Shown: positions 8,691 through 19,538, numbered from the stretch's first letter. The stretch: DNA of 64,000 nucleotides from an uncultured Gammaproteobacteria bacterium (GCA_964645605.1 CAZYCE010000004.1:3934-67933), one strand, 5' to 3'. Notes: a model not told the origin generated them from the sequence alone. Translations and numbers: made by a program.

Positions 8691-10163
8691 TTAATTACTG
8701 AATATTTCTTCAGCAGCTTTAATTATATCTTTATCTTTTCCCTCAGTCAAAACGCTTTCAATTTTTGCCTCTTCCATGATCTTTTTTGGCGGAGGTTCCA
8801 CCAAAATACAGCAAACCTTGGTCGGGGATTGAAGTACCTTTCCAACCACTTCTTCAAGGATTTTCCTGTGCTTTGCCTCCTCAAGACGCTCTTTATGAAA
8901 CTTATAATAAACCCCAAGAGTAAGGACTTTTCCGTTATAAGACACGGGTTTTGCGGCTCTTAATAGTGCTTCCATCGAAGCGTTAATCGGTTTAACAAGG
9001 GCAAGAATGTTTTTCCAGGCGTCATCCTGCATGGTCATTTCCCCCTCAATAACTACCCGTTCCTGTGTCTGCACGCCCTCTTCTTTAGATTTTTTTTCTT
9101 TCCGAGAATCCACATTCCCCGAACCGCTCTCTATCCGACCATCGCCGCACCAACTAATAAGTGCCAGCTCGAGAGGAAGCTCCTCAATCGGCGAACTGCC
9201 TATTTGCCCGTAAGCGTTATCCAAAAGATCAATGAGGGTGATAAGCTCGTCTTTTGACAAATCTTTTAATAAGTCCTCACCTACTCCGACTTTTGCCAGG
9301 AGTGAGTTTCTCAATCTTTTAATTAAAGATTCCAAAAAAATCTCTATACTTGCACCGTTTGTACAAAGGTTTTCCAGTTCCATCAAAAGCTCTTTTATGT
9401 TTTTACTTATAAGAAGGGATGTAAATTTATCGAGATCGAAGGATTTATTTTTGAATAAAAACTCACCGACAGCATCTTTGGAAAGATTCTTTTCTTCAGA
9501 AACCAACTGTTCCAAAATTTTAATTCCGTCACGGAATGAGCCGTCTGCTGCGGCCGCGATAAGGGAAAGGGACTCATCATCAATTTTAATCTTTTCCCCT
9601 TCGGTAACCCTTTTGAGAGACCTTACCAGCTCCGAGTTTGTGGCTTTTTTAAATTGGATAAGCGTCGTTCTTGAGCGGATTGTGTCGATTAGCCTTTCAG
9701 GGTTGGTGGTTGCCAAAATAAAGACAACGTGCCCAGGAGGTTCTTCCAGAGTTTTTAAGAGGGCATTGCTCGCCTCGGTTGTCAGCATGTGCACCTCGTC
9801 TATTATGTAAACTTTCTTTTTGGCAGAAACCGGAGTAAGTTTAACCGCATCTCTAAGCATCCTGACGTCATCTATTCCGCGATGCGAGGCCGCATCCATT
9901 TCAACAACATCAAGATTTGACCCGTTTGTGATTGCGGTGCACTGTTTGCATTTATCGCAAGGCTTCCCATTCTTGATGTCCTCACAATTTATTATTTTTG
10001 CCAAAATTCTGGCGGCCGAAGTTTTTCCTGTTCCTTTCGGTCCCGCAAACAGGAATGCATGGGGAATAGATTTTCTGGAAACAATTTTTTTTAAAGACTC
10101 ACTGACATCGGCTAAATCCAATTCGTCTAGATTCTTCGGGCGGTATTTAAGATATAAAGTCAT
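8691..10163 (-). CDS. dnaX: DNA polymerase III subunit gamma/tau
   Basis: LYLKYRP, GPKGTGKT, IIDEVHML, LKTLEEPP. Confidence 0.97.
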   Translation of the reverse strand: MTLYLKYRPKNLDELDLADVSESLKKIVSRKSIPHAFLFAGPKGTGKTSAARILAKIINCEDIKNGKPCDKCKQCTAITNGSNLDVVEMDAASHRGIDDVRMLRDAVKLTPVSAKKKVYIIDEVHMLTTEASNALLKTLEEPPGHVVFILATTNPERLIDTIRSRTTLIQFKKATNSELVRSLKRVTEGEKIKIDDESLSLIAAAADGSFRDGIKILEQLVSEEKNLSKDAVGEFLFKNKSFDLDKFTSLLISKNIKELLMELENLCTNGASIEIFLESLIKRLRNSLLAKVGVGEDLLKDLSKDELITLIDLLDNAYGQIGSSPIEELPLELALISWCGDGRIESGSGNVDSRKEKKSKEEGVQTQERVVIEGEMTMQDDAWKNILALVKPINASMEALLRAAKPVSYNGKVLTLGVYYKFHKERLEEAKHRKILEEVVGKVLQSPTKVCCILVEPPPKKIMEEAKIESVLTEGKDKDIIKAAEEIFSN

Positions 10164-10553
10164 TTATTCTTTGTGATGAATTCCCATTAAATGCATTGCT
10201 CCGTGTTCTACTAATTCATATATTCTCTCGTCAATCAAGACGTCCTCGTCAATTGCCTCTTTTACGGCCAGAGGGTAACAAACGGCAATTTCACCCAGCC
10301 TGATTTTACCGTCCGGCGGGTAGATAAACTCCTTTTTTTCTTCCTCCGTAACAAATGACAAAACATTATGGAGTTTGCCGTCCTTTAAAAACTTATCCCC
10401 TATCTCCATCATTTTTTTCTCTCCAACAATTGCCACTGAAACCTCCGCATCGGAAACTATACCCTGCTTTTTAAAAAAATCTGATAATCTTTTTTTAATA
10501 GCCGGGGTTTTAACAGGATAATTAGACTGTTTGGTGATCAGAACTTTAACCAT
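10164..10553 (-). CDS. ybeY: rRNA maturation endonuclease YbeY
   Basis: NVLSF, LGEI, HGAMHLMGIHH. Confidence 0.9.
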   Translation of the reverse strand: MVKVLITKQSNYPVKTPAIKKRLSDFFKKQGIVSDAEVSVAIVGEKKMMEIGDKFLKDGKLHNVLSFVTEEEKKEFIYPPDGKIRLGEIAVCYPLAVKEAIDEDVLIDERIYELVEHGAMHLMGIHHKE

Positions 10554-10986
10554 TAAGTTTTTCTCTAACCAACTGGGCAATTTTTCCTCCGTCTGCATTG
10601 GGGGCTTTTCCTTTCACAAAGCCTATGACTTTCCCCATATCAGCCAGACCGACGGGTTTAATTTCAGCAACAGCTTTCTCAACAAGCTTGGCTATGTCTT
10701 CATCGCTCATTTCGGGCGGCAAAAATTCAGAAAGAATAGATAACTCCGCTTTTTCTTTTTCCGACAAATCGGCTCTTCCGGCCTTGTCATAAGCCTCAAT
10801 CGAATCGCGCCTTTGCTTAACTTGTTTGCGGATCACCGCAATTTCTTCATCATTAGTTAAGTCATGCTGCAGGGCAATCTGTTCATAATTAAAAGCCGAC
10901 AAAAGAAGCCGTAAGGTTGAAACTCTAGTCTCATCATGTGCTTTCATCGCCTCCCCGATTTTCGCCTGTAAAGTTTGAGTTATCAT
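10546..10986 (-). CDS. GatB/YqeY domain protein
   Basis: AMKA.D..R.STLR, KQRRDSIEAY..AGR.DL, DMGKV. Confidence 0.92.
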   Translation of the reverse strand: MITQTLQAKIGEAMKAHDETRVSTLRLLLSAFNYEQIALQHDLTNDEEIAVIRKQVKQRRDSIEAYDKAGRADLSEKEKAELSILSEFLPPEMSDEDIAKLVEKAVAEIKPVGLADMGKVIGFVKGKAPNADGGKIAQLVREKLNG

Positions 10987-11477
10987 GATTTATAACCAAT
11001 ATTTCTCAAAAATTGTTTTCTGTCATTCACATCCTTGTCCGTTTCTATCCCCGCCGGAATTTTACCATCAACAACCCCAATAACACTTCTGCCCTTTTCG
11101 GTTTCCGCTATCAAAACCTGAGTGTCATTTGAGGTTGCACAAAAAACATTTACCACCTCGGCTACCGATTGTATTTTTTTCAAAACATTCACCGGATAAA
11201 ATCCTTCCCCGAGAAAAATAATAAAACTGTGGCCCACCGAAATCATTTGGATATTTTTTTGGGCAAGTTTAATCATTTCTCTATCTGTTCCGGAAAATCT
11301 GATTAGCCTAGGACCCGATGCTTCACAAAAAGCCAGTCCGAATTTAATTCCCGGTACCGCAGTTATCAGCGCCTCGTGAATGTCCTCGACCGTTTTAATA
11401 AAATGGCTCTGACCCAATATGAAGTTAACATTCTCGGGCTTTTTTATGTCTATGGCCTCAATTTTAATATTTGGCAT
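10983..11477 (-). CDS. Adenosine-specific kinase family protein (DUF355)
   Basis: GQSHFIKTVEDIHE, FGLAFCEASG, IGYK. Confidence 0.85.
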   Translation of the reverse strand: MPNIKIEAIDIKKPENVNFILGQSHFIKTVEDIHEALITAVPGIKFGLAFCEASGPRLIRFSGTDREMIKLAQKNIQMISVGHSFIIFLGEGFYPVNVLKKIQSVAEVVNVFCATSNDTQVLIAETEKGRSVIGVVDGKIPAGIETDKDVNDRKQFLRNIGYKS

Positions 11478-11574
11478 AATGGAACCAGTATAGTTTTTTC
11501 ACGAAAAATAGACAAGTAGTGTAAATTATATCAAATGGTTGGGTGGTAATTTTTAATACTCCAAAGCGGAGCAA

Positions 11575-12813
11575 CTATTTTAATCTTTTGAGTAACTCTT
11601 CAAAATCGAGAAATTCAATTTTTTCGGAATTTCTTTCCTTCCACTCAATTTTTTCTCCGTTTCTTTCGGACACAACAAGTCTGACGGGAATACCAATAAG
11701 ATCACTGTCTGCAAATTTTTCTCCAGCGGGAACATCTCGATCGTCCCACAAAACATCTACACCGGCATTGCTCAATTTATGATAAATTTCGCTCGCTGGA
11801 GTTTCCGCTTTCCAATTTCCAATTTTCAATAAATGCACCCGAAACGGGGCTACAGCTTTCGGCCAAATAATTCCGCGGTCATCATGAGAAACTTCCACCA
11901 AAGTTCCCATAACTCTTGTAGACCCAATTCCGTAGCTTGCAAACCAAACCGGTTTTTTCAAACCTTTTTCGTCTGTGTAGTAAACATGCATGCGCTCCGA
12001 ATACCATGTTCCCAACGGAAAAATATTCCCGACCTCTACAGTTTTTTCCAGTTTTTTGATTTTTCCTTCTTTACAGACTGGACATTTTTCTCCCACATTT
12101 CCATCAAATATTTCCTTATTTACGGCATAATCACATATGTCACATATGTAGATCGTATCTTCCCCATTTGCGTTTAATACTTGGAATTCGTGCGTGTGCC
12201 TTTCGGTAAATACGCCTCCTGAGGCCTCAACTATCTTAAAATCGAAGCCGAGACGCTTAAAAATCTTTATATATGCTCCTTTTACTTTCTCGTAATATTC
12301 CATCATATCCTGCTCCGTCGTGTGGGCCGAATAAAGATCTTTCATCATGAATTCCCTACCCCGGAGTATGCCGCTTTTCGCTCTGGGCTCATTTCTGAAT
12401 TTTGTTGAAAAGTGATAAAAGGCAACCGGCAAATCCTGATAGCTTTTGATGTTTTTGCGCAGGAGATCCATTACAATTTCTTCGTGTGTGAATGAAAGAA
12501 CATATTCTTTCTTCCTGGCATCGGCAAGCTTATACATAATCTCGTCCACCTTGTCCCACCTGCCTGTTTCACTCCAAATTTCCTTAGGATGAAGGAGCGG
12601 CATGAGCATTTCCTGGCCGCCAACGGCATTAATTTCTTCTCTTATTATTTGATTAATTTTTGTTATAACCCGAAGTCCCAGCGGTAAAAGTGTCCAGCTA
12701 CCTGACATCAGCTGATCTATATATCCTGCTCTCACAAGAAGTTTATGATTAACACTCTCTGCATCCTTAGGTGCCTCTTTTCTTGTCTTAGGAAAAAGTT
12801 GCGATTGTCTCAT
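11575..12813 (-). CDS. proS: Proline--tRNA ligase (short type without editing domain)
   Basis: KFRNEPR..G.LRGREFMMKD, EVGNIF.LG, YGIG..R, DLIGIP. Confidence 0.95.
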   Translation of the reverse strand: MRQSQLFPKTRKEAPKDAESVNHKLLVRAGYIDQLMSGSWTLLPLGLRVITKINQIIREEINAVGGQEMLMPLLHPKEIWSETGRWDKVDEIMYKLADARKKEYVLSFTHEEIVMDLLRKNIKSYQDLPVAFYHFSTKFRNEPRAKSGILRGREFMMKDLYSAHTTEQDMMEYYEKVKGAYIKIFKRLGFDFKIVEASGGVFTERHTHEFQVLNANGEDTIYICDICDYAVNKEIFDGNVGEKCPVCKEGKIKKLEKTVEVGNIFPLGTWYSERMHVYYTDEKGLKKPVWFASYGIGSTRVMGTLVEVSHDDRGIIWPKAVAPFRVHLLKIGNWKAETPASEIYHKLSNAGVDVLWDDRDVPAGEKFADSDLIGIPVRLVVSERNGEKIEWKERNSEKIEFLDFEELLKRLK

Positions 12814-12851
12814 TTTTACCTTGGCAGTACTCCAAGCTCAAGCTTATTGTA

Positions 12852-13973
12852 TCATTTCACCATCGAGTTGATGAAGCCATCTATTCCTCCGGTTGAAATA
12901 AGTCTCCCCGCGTCGCCGACCGTAACAATCAAGAGCAAAGCCATCAAAAGAAGAAAGCCAATATTGTTAACCAACGCCTCGACTTTGGTAGAAATTTTTT
13001 TTCTGGTTACCGCTTCAATACCAATAAAAAGGAGTCTTCCCCCATCAAGCGCCGGGAAAGGAATAATATTTAAAATTGCTAAATTTACGGAAAGAATTCC
13101 TATAAAGTTAATCAAAGCTATAACTCCACCGCGTGATGCTTGAGTTGTTATGGCGTAAATCCCAATCGGTCCTGAAACACCCTGAAGGGCTTCCCCTTTA
13201 AAAATGCCCGATACCAGTCCTCCCAGACCCGTCAGTATAGTTTTTCCCCAGAAAATACCGTCTTTAAACCCGTAATATATTCCATAAAAAGGCCTGAGAT
13301 AGACCGGTGGATAAAAAAGTTCCATCGTACTGATTGTTACTCCTACCGGTCCTTGACCTTCGGGCGGGTTTTGTCTCGGTATTAAAGATATTTCCATAAA
13401 TTGAGTTTGTCCTTCAACTTCCCTTTGAACTTCATAGATGACTGTTTTTCCGGCAGACTTTGCGGTAAGTGCAATAAATGTATCGGATGAGGCAGCTGTC
13501 TCTCCGTTAACTTTTGTAATTGTGTCTCCGGCTACGATTCCTGCCTCTTGAGCGGGAGAGTCGGCTGCCACGTCGACAACTTTCACCTTTCCCGTATCTC
13601 TCGGAATTCCCGAAAAAGAATATACGATCGCGAAAGCAAGAATCGCCAAAACGAAATTCATGACAACTCCAGCAATAACAACAAGGGATCTGACCTTTTT
13701 GCTTTTATGGAGAAAGGAACGCTCTGTGTCCGTTTTGGAATCCTCTTCCTGTTCACCATGCAATCTAACAAAACCGCCGAAGGGAAGGGCATTTATCGAA
13801 TAAATTGTGTCCCCAACCTTTTTGCCCCAAATACGTGGAGGGAGCCCAAATCCGAATTCTTCAACTTTAATTCCCGACCTTCTGGCAACGATAAAATGGC
13901 CGAATTCATGGCTTAAAACCAATATTGAAAGAACTAATATAAATATGAGGATTGAGCCAAACATTGAAAACAA
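12852..13973 (-). CDS. rseP: RseP-like M50 intramembrane protease with PDZ
   Basis: HEFGH, PFGGFV, PDZ, NIIPFPALDGG. Confidence 0.92.
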   Translation of the reverse strand: MFSMFGSILIFILVLSILVLSHEFGHFIVARRSGIKVEEFGFGLPPRIWGKKVGDTIYSINALPFGGFVRLHGEQEEDSKTDTERSFLHKSKKVRSLVVIAGVVMNFVLAILAFAIVYSFSGIPRDTGKVKVVDVAADSPAQEAGIVAGDTITKVNGETAASSDTFIALTAKSAGKTVIYEVQREVEGQTQFMEISLIPRQNPPEGQGPVGVTISTMELFYPPVYLRPFYGIYYGFKDGIFWGKTILTGLGGLVSGIFKGEALQGVSGPIGIYAITTQASRGGVIALINFIGILSVNLAILNIIPFPALDGGRLLFIGIEAVTRKKISTKVEALVNNIGFLLLMALLLIVTVGDAGRLISTGGIDGFINSMVK

Positions 13974-14009
13974 GTATAACCTAAATAGCGTTAACTATGA
14001 AGTAGAAAA

Positions 14010-14564
14010 TTAAATTTGTAAAAGCTCCGTTTTCTTCTTCTCGCCTATTTCGTCAATTTTATCTATAAACTCATCGGTAATTTCCTGAAGTTTTTTTTCA
14101 AAACCAAATTTATCATCCTCAGTGATTTCTTTTGCCTCGAATTTGGTTTTAATATCATGCATTTCATCTGCTCTAACCTGACGTATTGCTACTTTTCCAT
14201 TTTCAAGTTTTCCCGAAAGAAGTTTTACGTATTTTTCTCTGTCTTCTGTGGTCATTTGAGGAATAACAATTCTAATTATTTCTCCATCTATTGAGGGGTT
14301 TAGACCGACTCCTGCCTCGACAATTCCCTTCCTAATATCTCCGATTATTGATTTATCCCAAGGATTAATAACGATCTGGCCAGGATCAGGGACGGAAATT
14401 GTTGCAAGTTCCATTACACGAAGCCTCTGGGTCCCTCCATACGCGGGACAAATTATGTTTTCGACAAGCGCTGAGGTTGCACGACCTGTTCTGATTGTCC
14501 CAATATCGGAGGCAACAGCATCGAGGGTTAACTGCATTTTAGATCGTATTGAGGATTCGTCCAT
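14010..14564 (-). CDS. frr: Ribosome recycling factor
   Basis: IRTGRA, GLNPS.DG, AIRQVR. Confidence 0.95.
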   Translation of the reverse strand: MDESSIRSKMQLTLDAVASDIGTIRTGRATSALVENIICPAYGGTQRLRVMELATISVPDPGQIVINPWDKSIIGDIRKGIVEAGVGLNPSIDGEIIRIVIPQMTTEDREKYVKLLSGKLENGKVAIRQVRADEMHDIKTKFEAKEITEDDKFGFEKKLQEITDEFIDKIDEIGEKKKTELLQI

Positions 14565-14589
14565 AAATATAATTACCAAGCAGTAATTA

Positions 14590-14686
14590 TCAATTTACAA
14601 TAAATTTATAATTTATCAATAACCAAGTTTTCAAAAATTTTCAAAGTAATAATTTAATGAAAATTGGAGCTTGAAAATTGGAAATT
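14590..14686. repeat. Degenerate heptamer-periodic repeat region with opposed arms (CAATTT-type then AAATTG-type)
   Basis: caatttacaa...tttcaaaaattttcaaa...aaattggagcttgaaaattggaaatt between tsf and frr. Confidence 0.5.
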
Positions 14687-15140
14687 ACTGTTTCCCAAGT
14701 TCTATTCTAACCATCCTCCCGAGTTTGATGTTCTCCCCGGTTTTGGCAATAAGTTCCTTGACTAAATCAGAAACCTTTTTACTGGAGTCTTTGATAAAAT
14801 CTTGATTTTCAAAATCCTTTTCCCCCATCGACGCCACCTGCATCGCCAGATCTTTTCCCAAAGCCTCAAAAAGCTCGGTTTTCGCAACAAAATCCGTCTC
14901 ACAGAGAAGTTCAACAATTCCTACTACTTTGCCTGTGTGATGAGCATACACAAATACTTTACCCTCAGAAGTTTCCCTATCTTCTCTTTTTGAAGCCTTT
15001 TCCAAACTTTCTTTCTTAAGAATTTCCAGAGCTTTTTTTTCGTCCCCCTCCACATCCTCCAAAACTTCACGAATTCTGATAATGGCAACTCCGGTTTTTT
15101 CCCTAAGTTTTTTAATTAAATTTATGTCTATTTTTGTCAT
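14685..15140 (-). CDS. tsf: Elongation factor Ts (short form)
   Basis: IKKLREKTG, CETDFVAKT, KTGENI. Confidence 0.95.
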   Translation of the reverse strand: MTKIDINLIKKLREKTGVAIIRIREVLEDVEGDEKKALEILKKESLEKASKREDRETSEGKVFVYAHHTGKVVGIVELLCETDFVAKTELFEALGKDLAMQVASMGEKDFENQDFIKDSSKKVSDLVKELIAKTGENIKLGRMVRIELGKQ

Positions 15141-15225
15141 TTGTGTAATAGGTTTAACACTAAGTCTATCTCCCAAGGAACTTGTTTACATAAACTCCTG
15201 ACAGAATTTTATATTAATAAAATGT

Positions 15226-15912
15226 TTATTTCCCTGAAATCGCTTTTGCGACCAATTCAAGAATATACTCCAGGGCCTTGCTGGCATCGTCGTTCATCGG
15301 AATCGGATAATCTATGGGGTCTGGATCGGCGTTGCTGTCGACTACTCCGACAACAGGAATCTTTTTTGTATTTGCTTCATGAACCGCAGCCGTCTCCCTT
15401 TTAGTATCAATTACAAAAAGCACATCCGGTGTGCCAGTGAGATTTTTAATACCGCCGAAAAATTTCTCAAGACGGGCAATCTCGCGATCTATTAACAGTC
15501 TTTCTTTTTTAGTGTACTTATTATATGTTCCGTCAAGAAGATTCTGCTTCATCTCTTCCATTCTGTCTATTGAACGCTTCATTTGACTAAAATTTGAGAT
15601 TGTTCCACCAAGCCATCTTTCGTTAACGTAGGGAACACCTGCCCTTTCGGCGATTTCGGCAACTTTATCCTTGATCTGCTTTTTGGTGCCAAGAATGAGA
15701 ATTTTTTTACCTTCTTTTGCGGATTTTGCCAAAAAATCCAAAGCTTCCTCGATCATGGATTTTGTTTTAATTAAATCAAAAATATGAACGCCACCTTCCT
15801 GACCATAAAGATATTCCTCCATTTTTGGATTCCAACGCTTGGTTTGATGCCCAAAATGAGCACCAGCATCCATCAAATCTTCGAGTGAAACATTAATCTT
15901 TGGCATTGACAA
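15226..15912 (-). CDS. rpsB: 30S ribosomal protein S2
   Basis: AGAHFGHQTKRWNPKM, RWLGG, IPMNDD. Confidence 0.97.
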   Translation of the reverse strand: MSMPKINVSLEDLMDAGAHFGHQTKRWNPKMEEYLYGQEGGVHIFDLIKTKSMIEEALDFLAKSAKEGKKILILGTKKQIKDKVAEIAERAGVPYVNERWLGGTISNFSQMKRSIDRMEEMKQNLLDGTYNKYTKKERLLIDREIARLEKFFGGIKNLTGTPDVLFVIDTKRETAAVHEANTKKIPVVGVVDSNADPDPIDYPIPMNDDASKALEYILELVAKAISGK

Positions 15913-15924
15913 TATTTTTGTTTC

Positions 15925-15980
15925 CTTAGTCCTCCGCAGGTTGGAAGCAATCCAGGAAACATAACCTGCGTGTGTAAGTG
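15925..15980 (-). promoter_or_regulatory. S2 (rpsB) autoregulatory leader RNA
   Basis: ACACACGCAGGUU...AACCUGCGGAGGACUAA stem directly 5' of rpsB, matching the known leader layout. Confidence 0.7.
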
Positions 15981-15984
15981 TATT

Positions 15985-16794
15985 CTAACAGGCGCTGATC
16001 AGGTTTTCAAGTAGACAGCTAATGGTCACGGGGCCTACCCCCCCGGGAACAGGCGTAAAAAATCCTGCCTTATCGGATACGGCCGGATCTACATCCCCCT
16101 TTGGTGAACCTACATCGATAACAACAGCACCCGGCTTTATCATGCCTGGTTTAATAAGTCCCGGTACGCCGGTTGCACTAATAACTACATCGGCAGATTT
16201 TGTGATTTTACCCAAACCAGTGGTCTTTTCGTTAGCTCCATATACACGGTAGCCTTCAGCCTTAAGTTCTTTTACAAGAGGGGCTCCAACCATCCCGGTG
16301 GCACCAACAACAGCCACTGTACAAGACCGGGTCTTGTATGATAGTCGCAGAATTTTTTCGGCTTCGTGGAGTATGTCCATAACCGCCTTTGATGTCGGAT
16401 GTAAAAACTCGCTACCGGGTCTTAGTCCGTCTACATCTTTTTTGGGATCGATTGCGTTAATTATGTAATCTTCGTGTTTGGCAAACTCGCCGGGAAGCGG
16501 AAGCTGAATCATTATTCCGTTGAAGGCATCATCGGTGTTCAACGTATCTATAAGTAAAATCAGATCGTCAACTTTTGTGCTCATATTTATAAAGTAGACG
16601 TCCACTTCTGCCCCGACTCTTTCTGCCGCCTTCTTTTTCAAATTTACGTAGAGCTTACTGGCCGGGTCGTCACCAACCAAAATTGAAGCCAGTTTAGGGT
16701 AAACTCCGCGGGCCTTAAGACCTATTATTCGAAGTCCTAGTGAGGATTCTTTTTCTGCCGCAAAAGCGCGACCGTCAAAAATAATTGTCTTCAT
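15985..16794 (-). CDS. folD: Methylene-THF dehydrogenase/cyclohydrolase
   Basis: S..YV..K, IQLPLP, KDVDG, TPVPGGVGPVT. Confidence 0.95.
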   Translation of the reverse strand: MKTIIFDGRAFAAEKESSLGLRIIGLKARGVYPKLASILVGDDPASKLYVNLKKKAAERVGAEVDVYFINMSTKVDDLILLIDTLNTDDAFNGIMIQLPLPGEFAKHEDYIINAIDPKKDVDGLRPGSEFLHPTSKAVMDILHEAEKILRLSYKTRSCTVAVVGATGMVGAPLVKELKAEGYRVYGANEKTTGLGKITKSADVVISATGVPGLIKPGMIKPGAVVIDVGSPKGDVDPAVSDKAGFFTPVPGGVGPVTISCLLENLISAC

Positions 16795-16826
16795 ATGCGT
16801 ATTCTACTACAAGTTGAGGCTAAAAA

Positions 16827-18131
16827 CTATTTAGGGGTGGGGAAATTTGCGCAAAACGTTTTTACACTGGAGGCAATACTGCTTAAAAATTCATCCTTTT
16901 CAATTTTTGCGCGGAAAACCTTCATAAATTCACCCCTTTTTTCCTTGTCAGCGGGAAGAATATCGCCTTTAATATGATCAATTACTTTAATAATCCAGCC
17001 GGCAATTATTTTCATTTCAGCCTCTTTCATTCCCCTGGTTGTAACACTGGGAGTGCCAAGTCTAATTCCTGAAGGATAAAATGGCGGTGCAGGATCGTTT
17101 GGTACCGAGTTTTTATTCACAACAATACCGGCTTTTTCTAGAGCCTCTGCCGCCACATTTCCGGATAGTCCAAGAGGTCTCAAGTCGATAACTATTAAAT
17201 GGCACTCTGTTCCGCCGGCAACCAATGTTAGACCTTCTTTTTGAAGTTCTTCAGCAAAAGTTTTGGCATTTTTAACAATCTGTTCTCCGTATTTCCTAAA
17301 CCCGTTCGTGTCCGCCTCTATTAAAGCTTGGGCGATGCCGGCAGTGGTGTTATCGTGGGGACCTCCCTGAAGACCCGGAAAAACCGCTTTATCTATTTTT
17401 ACCGAAACTTCGGCATCTTTTTCAATTCCCTTTTTTGTAACCATTATCATTGCCCCCCTTGGGCCTCTTAAGGTTTTGTGGGTTGTGGTCGTAATGACAT
17501 GGGCAAAAGGAACCGGTGACGGATATTCGCCAGCCAGAACCAGACCTGAAACATGGGAAATATCGGCAACCAACCACGCGCCAATTTCGTCGGCAATTTT
17601 TCCAAAACGCTCCCAATCAAGAATCCGGGGGTACGCCGTAGTTCCGATTATCATTAGCTTTGGCTTTTCCTCCATCGCTAGTTTTTCCACTTCATCGTAA
17701 TCGATTATTCCGTCATTTTTTGTTCCGAATTGAATCGATTTGTAAAACCTACCGGAGAAGGTAATGTCGGGGTGTCCGTGCGTCAAATGACCCCCCGAAG
17801 AAAGCTTTAGCCCCATTATTGTGTTGCCGGGATTGACTAATGCAAAAAGGACTTCAGAATTCGCTGGAGAGCCGGAGTACGGTTGGACATTTACATGTTC
17901 AACTTTAAAAAGTTCTTTTGCTTTCTCAATTGCAAAAGTCTCAATTTCATCAACAATTCCATTTCCCCGATAATAACGCCTACCGGGATACCCCTCGGAA
18001 TATTTATTCATTAGTTTTGACCCCACGGCTTCCCTGACTGCCTTTGAGGCATAATTTTCGGAAGGGATCATCATCAGAGTTTCCTCCTGGCGTTTTTCTT
18101 CCTCTTTGATCATCTTTTGGACATTTATCAT
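16827..18131 (-). CDS. glyA: Serine hydroxymethyltransferase
   Basis: NKYSEGYPG, GGHLTHG, TTTTHKTLRGPRG. Confidence 0.97.
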   Translation of the reverse strand: MINVQKMIKEEEKRQEETLMMIPSENYASKAVREAVGSKLMNKYSEGYPGRRYYRGNGIVDEIETFAIEKAKELFKVEHVNVQPYSGSPANSEVLFALVNPGNTIMGLKLSSGGHLTHGHPDITFSGRFYKSIQFGTKNDGIIDYDEVEKLAMEEKPKLMIIGTTAYPRILDWERFGKIADEIGAWLVADISHVSGLVLAGEYPSPVPFAHVITTTTHKTLRGPRGAMIMVTKKGIEKDAEVSVKIDKAVFPGLQGGPHDNTTAGIAQALIEADTNGFRKYGEQIVKNAKTFAEELQKEGLTLVAGGTECHLIVIDLRPLGLSGNVAAEALEKAGIVVNKNSVPNDPAPPFYPSGIRLGTPSVTTRGMKEAEMKIIAGWIIKVIDHIKGDILPADKEKRGEFMKVFRAKIEKDEFLSSIASSVKTFCANFPTPK

Positions 18132-18718
18132 TTTTGGAGATTTCTTAATATTGCTTCCTTTATTCTACCATGCACTTGTTCTATCGAGCCATTTGAATCA
18201 ACCACAATCCATCCTTTTTCTTGGGCCAGAAGTTCATGAATTTTTCTATTCTTTTCCCAACCGTTGCTCTGTTCATGTAAATGATCTCTCTCAATCCCGG
18301 AAGTAAATCTCTCGCCAATCATGCAAAGCGCCAAATCTTCTTTTAGTAAACCTTTGTTGATTTTCTCTAACTCCTTTTTAGGGACACCGAACGTCATACC
18401 CCATGCAATACCTGTTCCTTTATAATCCTCAGCAACTACCCACTCTCCATCATTGAGCCTTGAGCGTAAAATCGGTTCGTAGTCTATTCGGTTTTGAGCA
18501 AAAATTTTCTGTGTTTCCAGCGGAGGCAGGATTTCTATATGGTGCCGTAAGATGCCGTTCAATCTTGGCCCTGTAGGTTCCAAGTCATACACTGGATATT
18601 TTAAATACGAAGCATTAATTCCTTCCTCTTTCAACCAACTGACAATTTTATTTACTTGAGTCGTTTTACCGATATTGTTGGGTCCGTAGACAACAATAAA
18701 TTTTCCTCTTTCGCTCAT
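18128..18718 (-). CDS. tmk: Thymidylate kinase-like P-loop protein
   Basis: GPNNIGKTT, KYP, NR.D, dTMP-pathway context. Confidence 0.75.
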   Translation of the reverse strand: MSERGKFIVVYGPNNIGKTTQVNKIVSWLKEEGINASYLKYPVYDLEPTGPRLNGILRHHIEILPPLETQKIFAQNRIDYEPILRSRLNDGEWVVAEDYKGTGIAWGMTFGVPKKELEKINKGLLKEDLALCMIGERFTSGIERDHLHEQSNGWEKNRKIHELLAQEKGWIVVDSNGSIEQVHGRIKEAILRNLQK

Positions 18719-18734
18719 CTTCGTAATCTTGTTG

Positions 18735-19475
18735 CTAACTTCCAAGCCCGGGTGTGTGGTCATAATTTACGGAAAGCTCCGGCGGACTAATGTTTGGCAA
18801 TTTAAACTTCGCATCCGCTCCAAACTCCCGACAGATGTAGCTTTCAATTCTATCAGCAATCTGGTGCACACCGGACGAGACCCCAGTGCCTGACGTATTA
18901 GCAATAAATTTATAGGAGTTTTTTTCTTCTTTTTCCCCCCATTCATCTACCGACTCCGTAAGTTTCTCCAAATATTCCGGGTAGTTTTTAAGTATCCACA
19001 TTTCATATTTCCTATCTCTTTGAATTATTCTCTGCTTGAGGTCGCTTTGATCGGCTGTAACAATAATGTGCATATTCGGATATGGCAGATTTCTTTTTGT
19101 AATGGCATAAAAAACATTTTGATATAAATTCCATTCGTTCTCACTCATCCAACCCATTTTGAAGTGCGTTTTTGCATAGATAAAATCCATATTCAATGCA
19201 GGATCGATTAGAGCTACCTTATTTCTGTCGATACTTTTAAGCTGATTAACTTTTGAGGTTAAAAAAAAGATTTGGGATTTAAAACTGTATTCGGGAGGGT
19301 CTTCGTAAAATTTTTCCAAAAACGGATTTGCAGGATAGTTTTCCTGAATCGGCATGATTCCCCATCTTTGTCCCAGCTCCTCAGAAAGGGTTGTTTTCCC
19401 GCTGGCCAGGCAGCCAACCAAGCCTATTACCAAAGGTCTTTTTTCTAATGTTTCTCTTCTTTCTATTTCCTGCAT
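18735..19475 (-). CDS. Deoxynucleoside kinase
   Basis: GCLASGKTT, NPFLEKFYEDP, SQIFFL, RI.QR.R.YE. Confidence 0.9.
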   Translation of the reverse strand: MQEIERRETLEKRPLVIGLVGCLASGKTTLSEELGQRWGIMPIQENYPANPFLEKFYEDPPEYSFKSQIFFLTSKVNQLKSIDRNKVALIDPALNMDFIYAKTHFKMGWMSENEWNLYQNVFYAITKRNLPYPNMHIIVTADQSDLKQRIIQRDRKYEMWILKNYPEYLEKLTESVDEWGEKEEKNSYKFIANTSGTGVSSGVHQIADRIESYICREFGADAKFKLPNISPPELSVNYDHTPGLGS

Positions 19476-19538
19476 ATGCTTACAGTCTTACACGAAATCT
19501 CCCCTTTTATTCTTATTGTTTATATTTTATTATCCTAA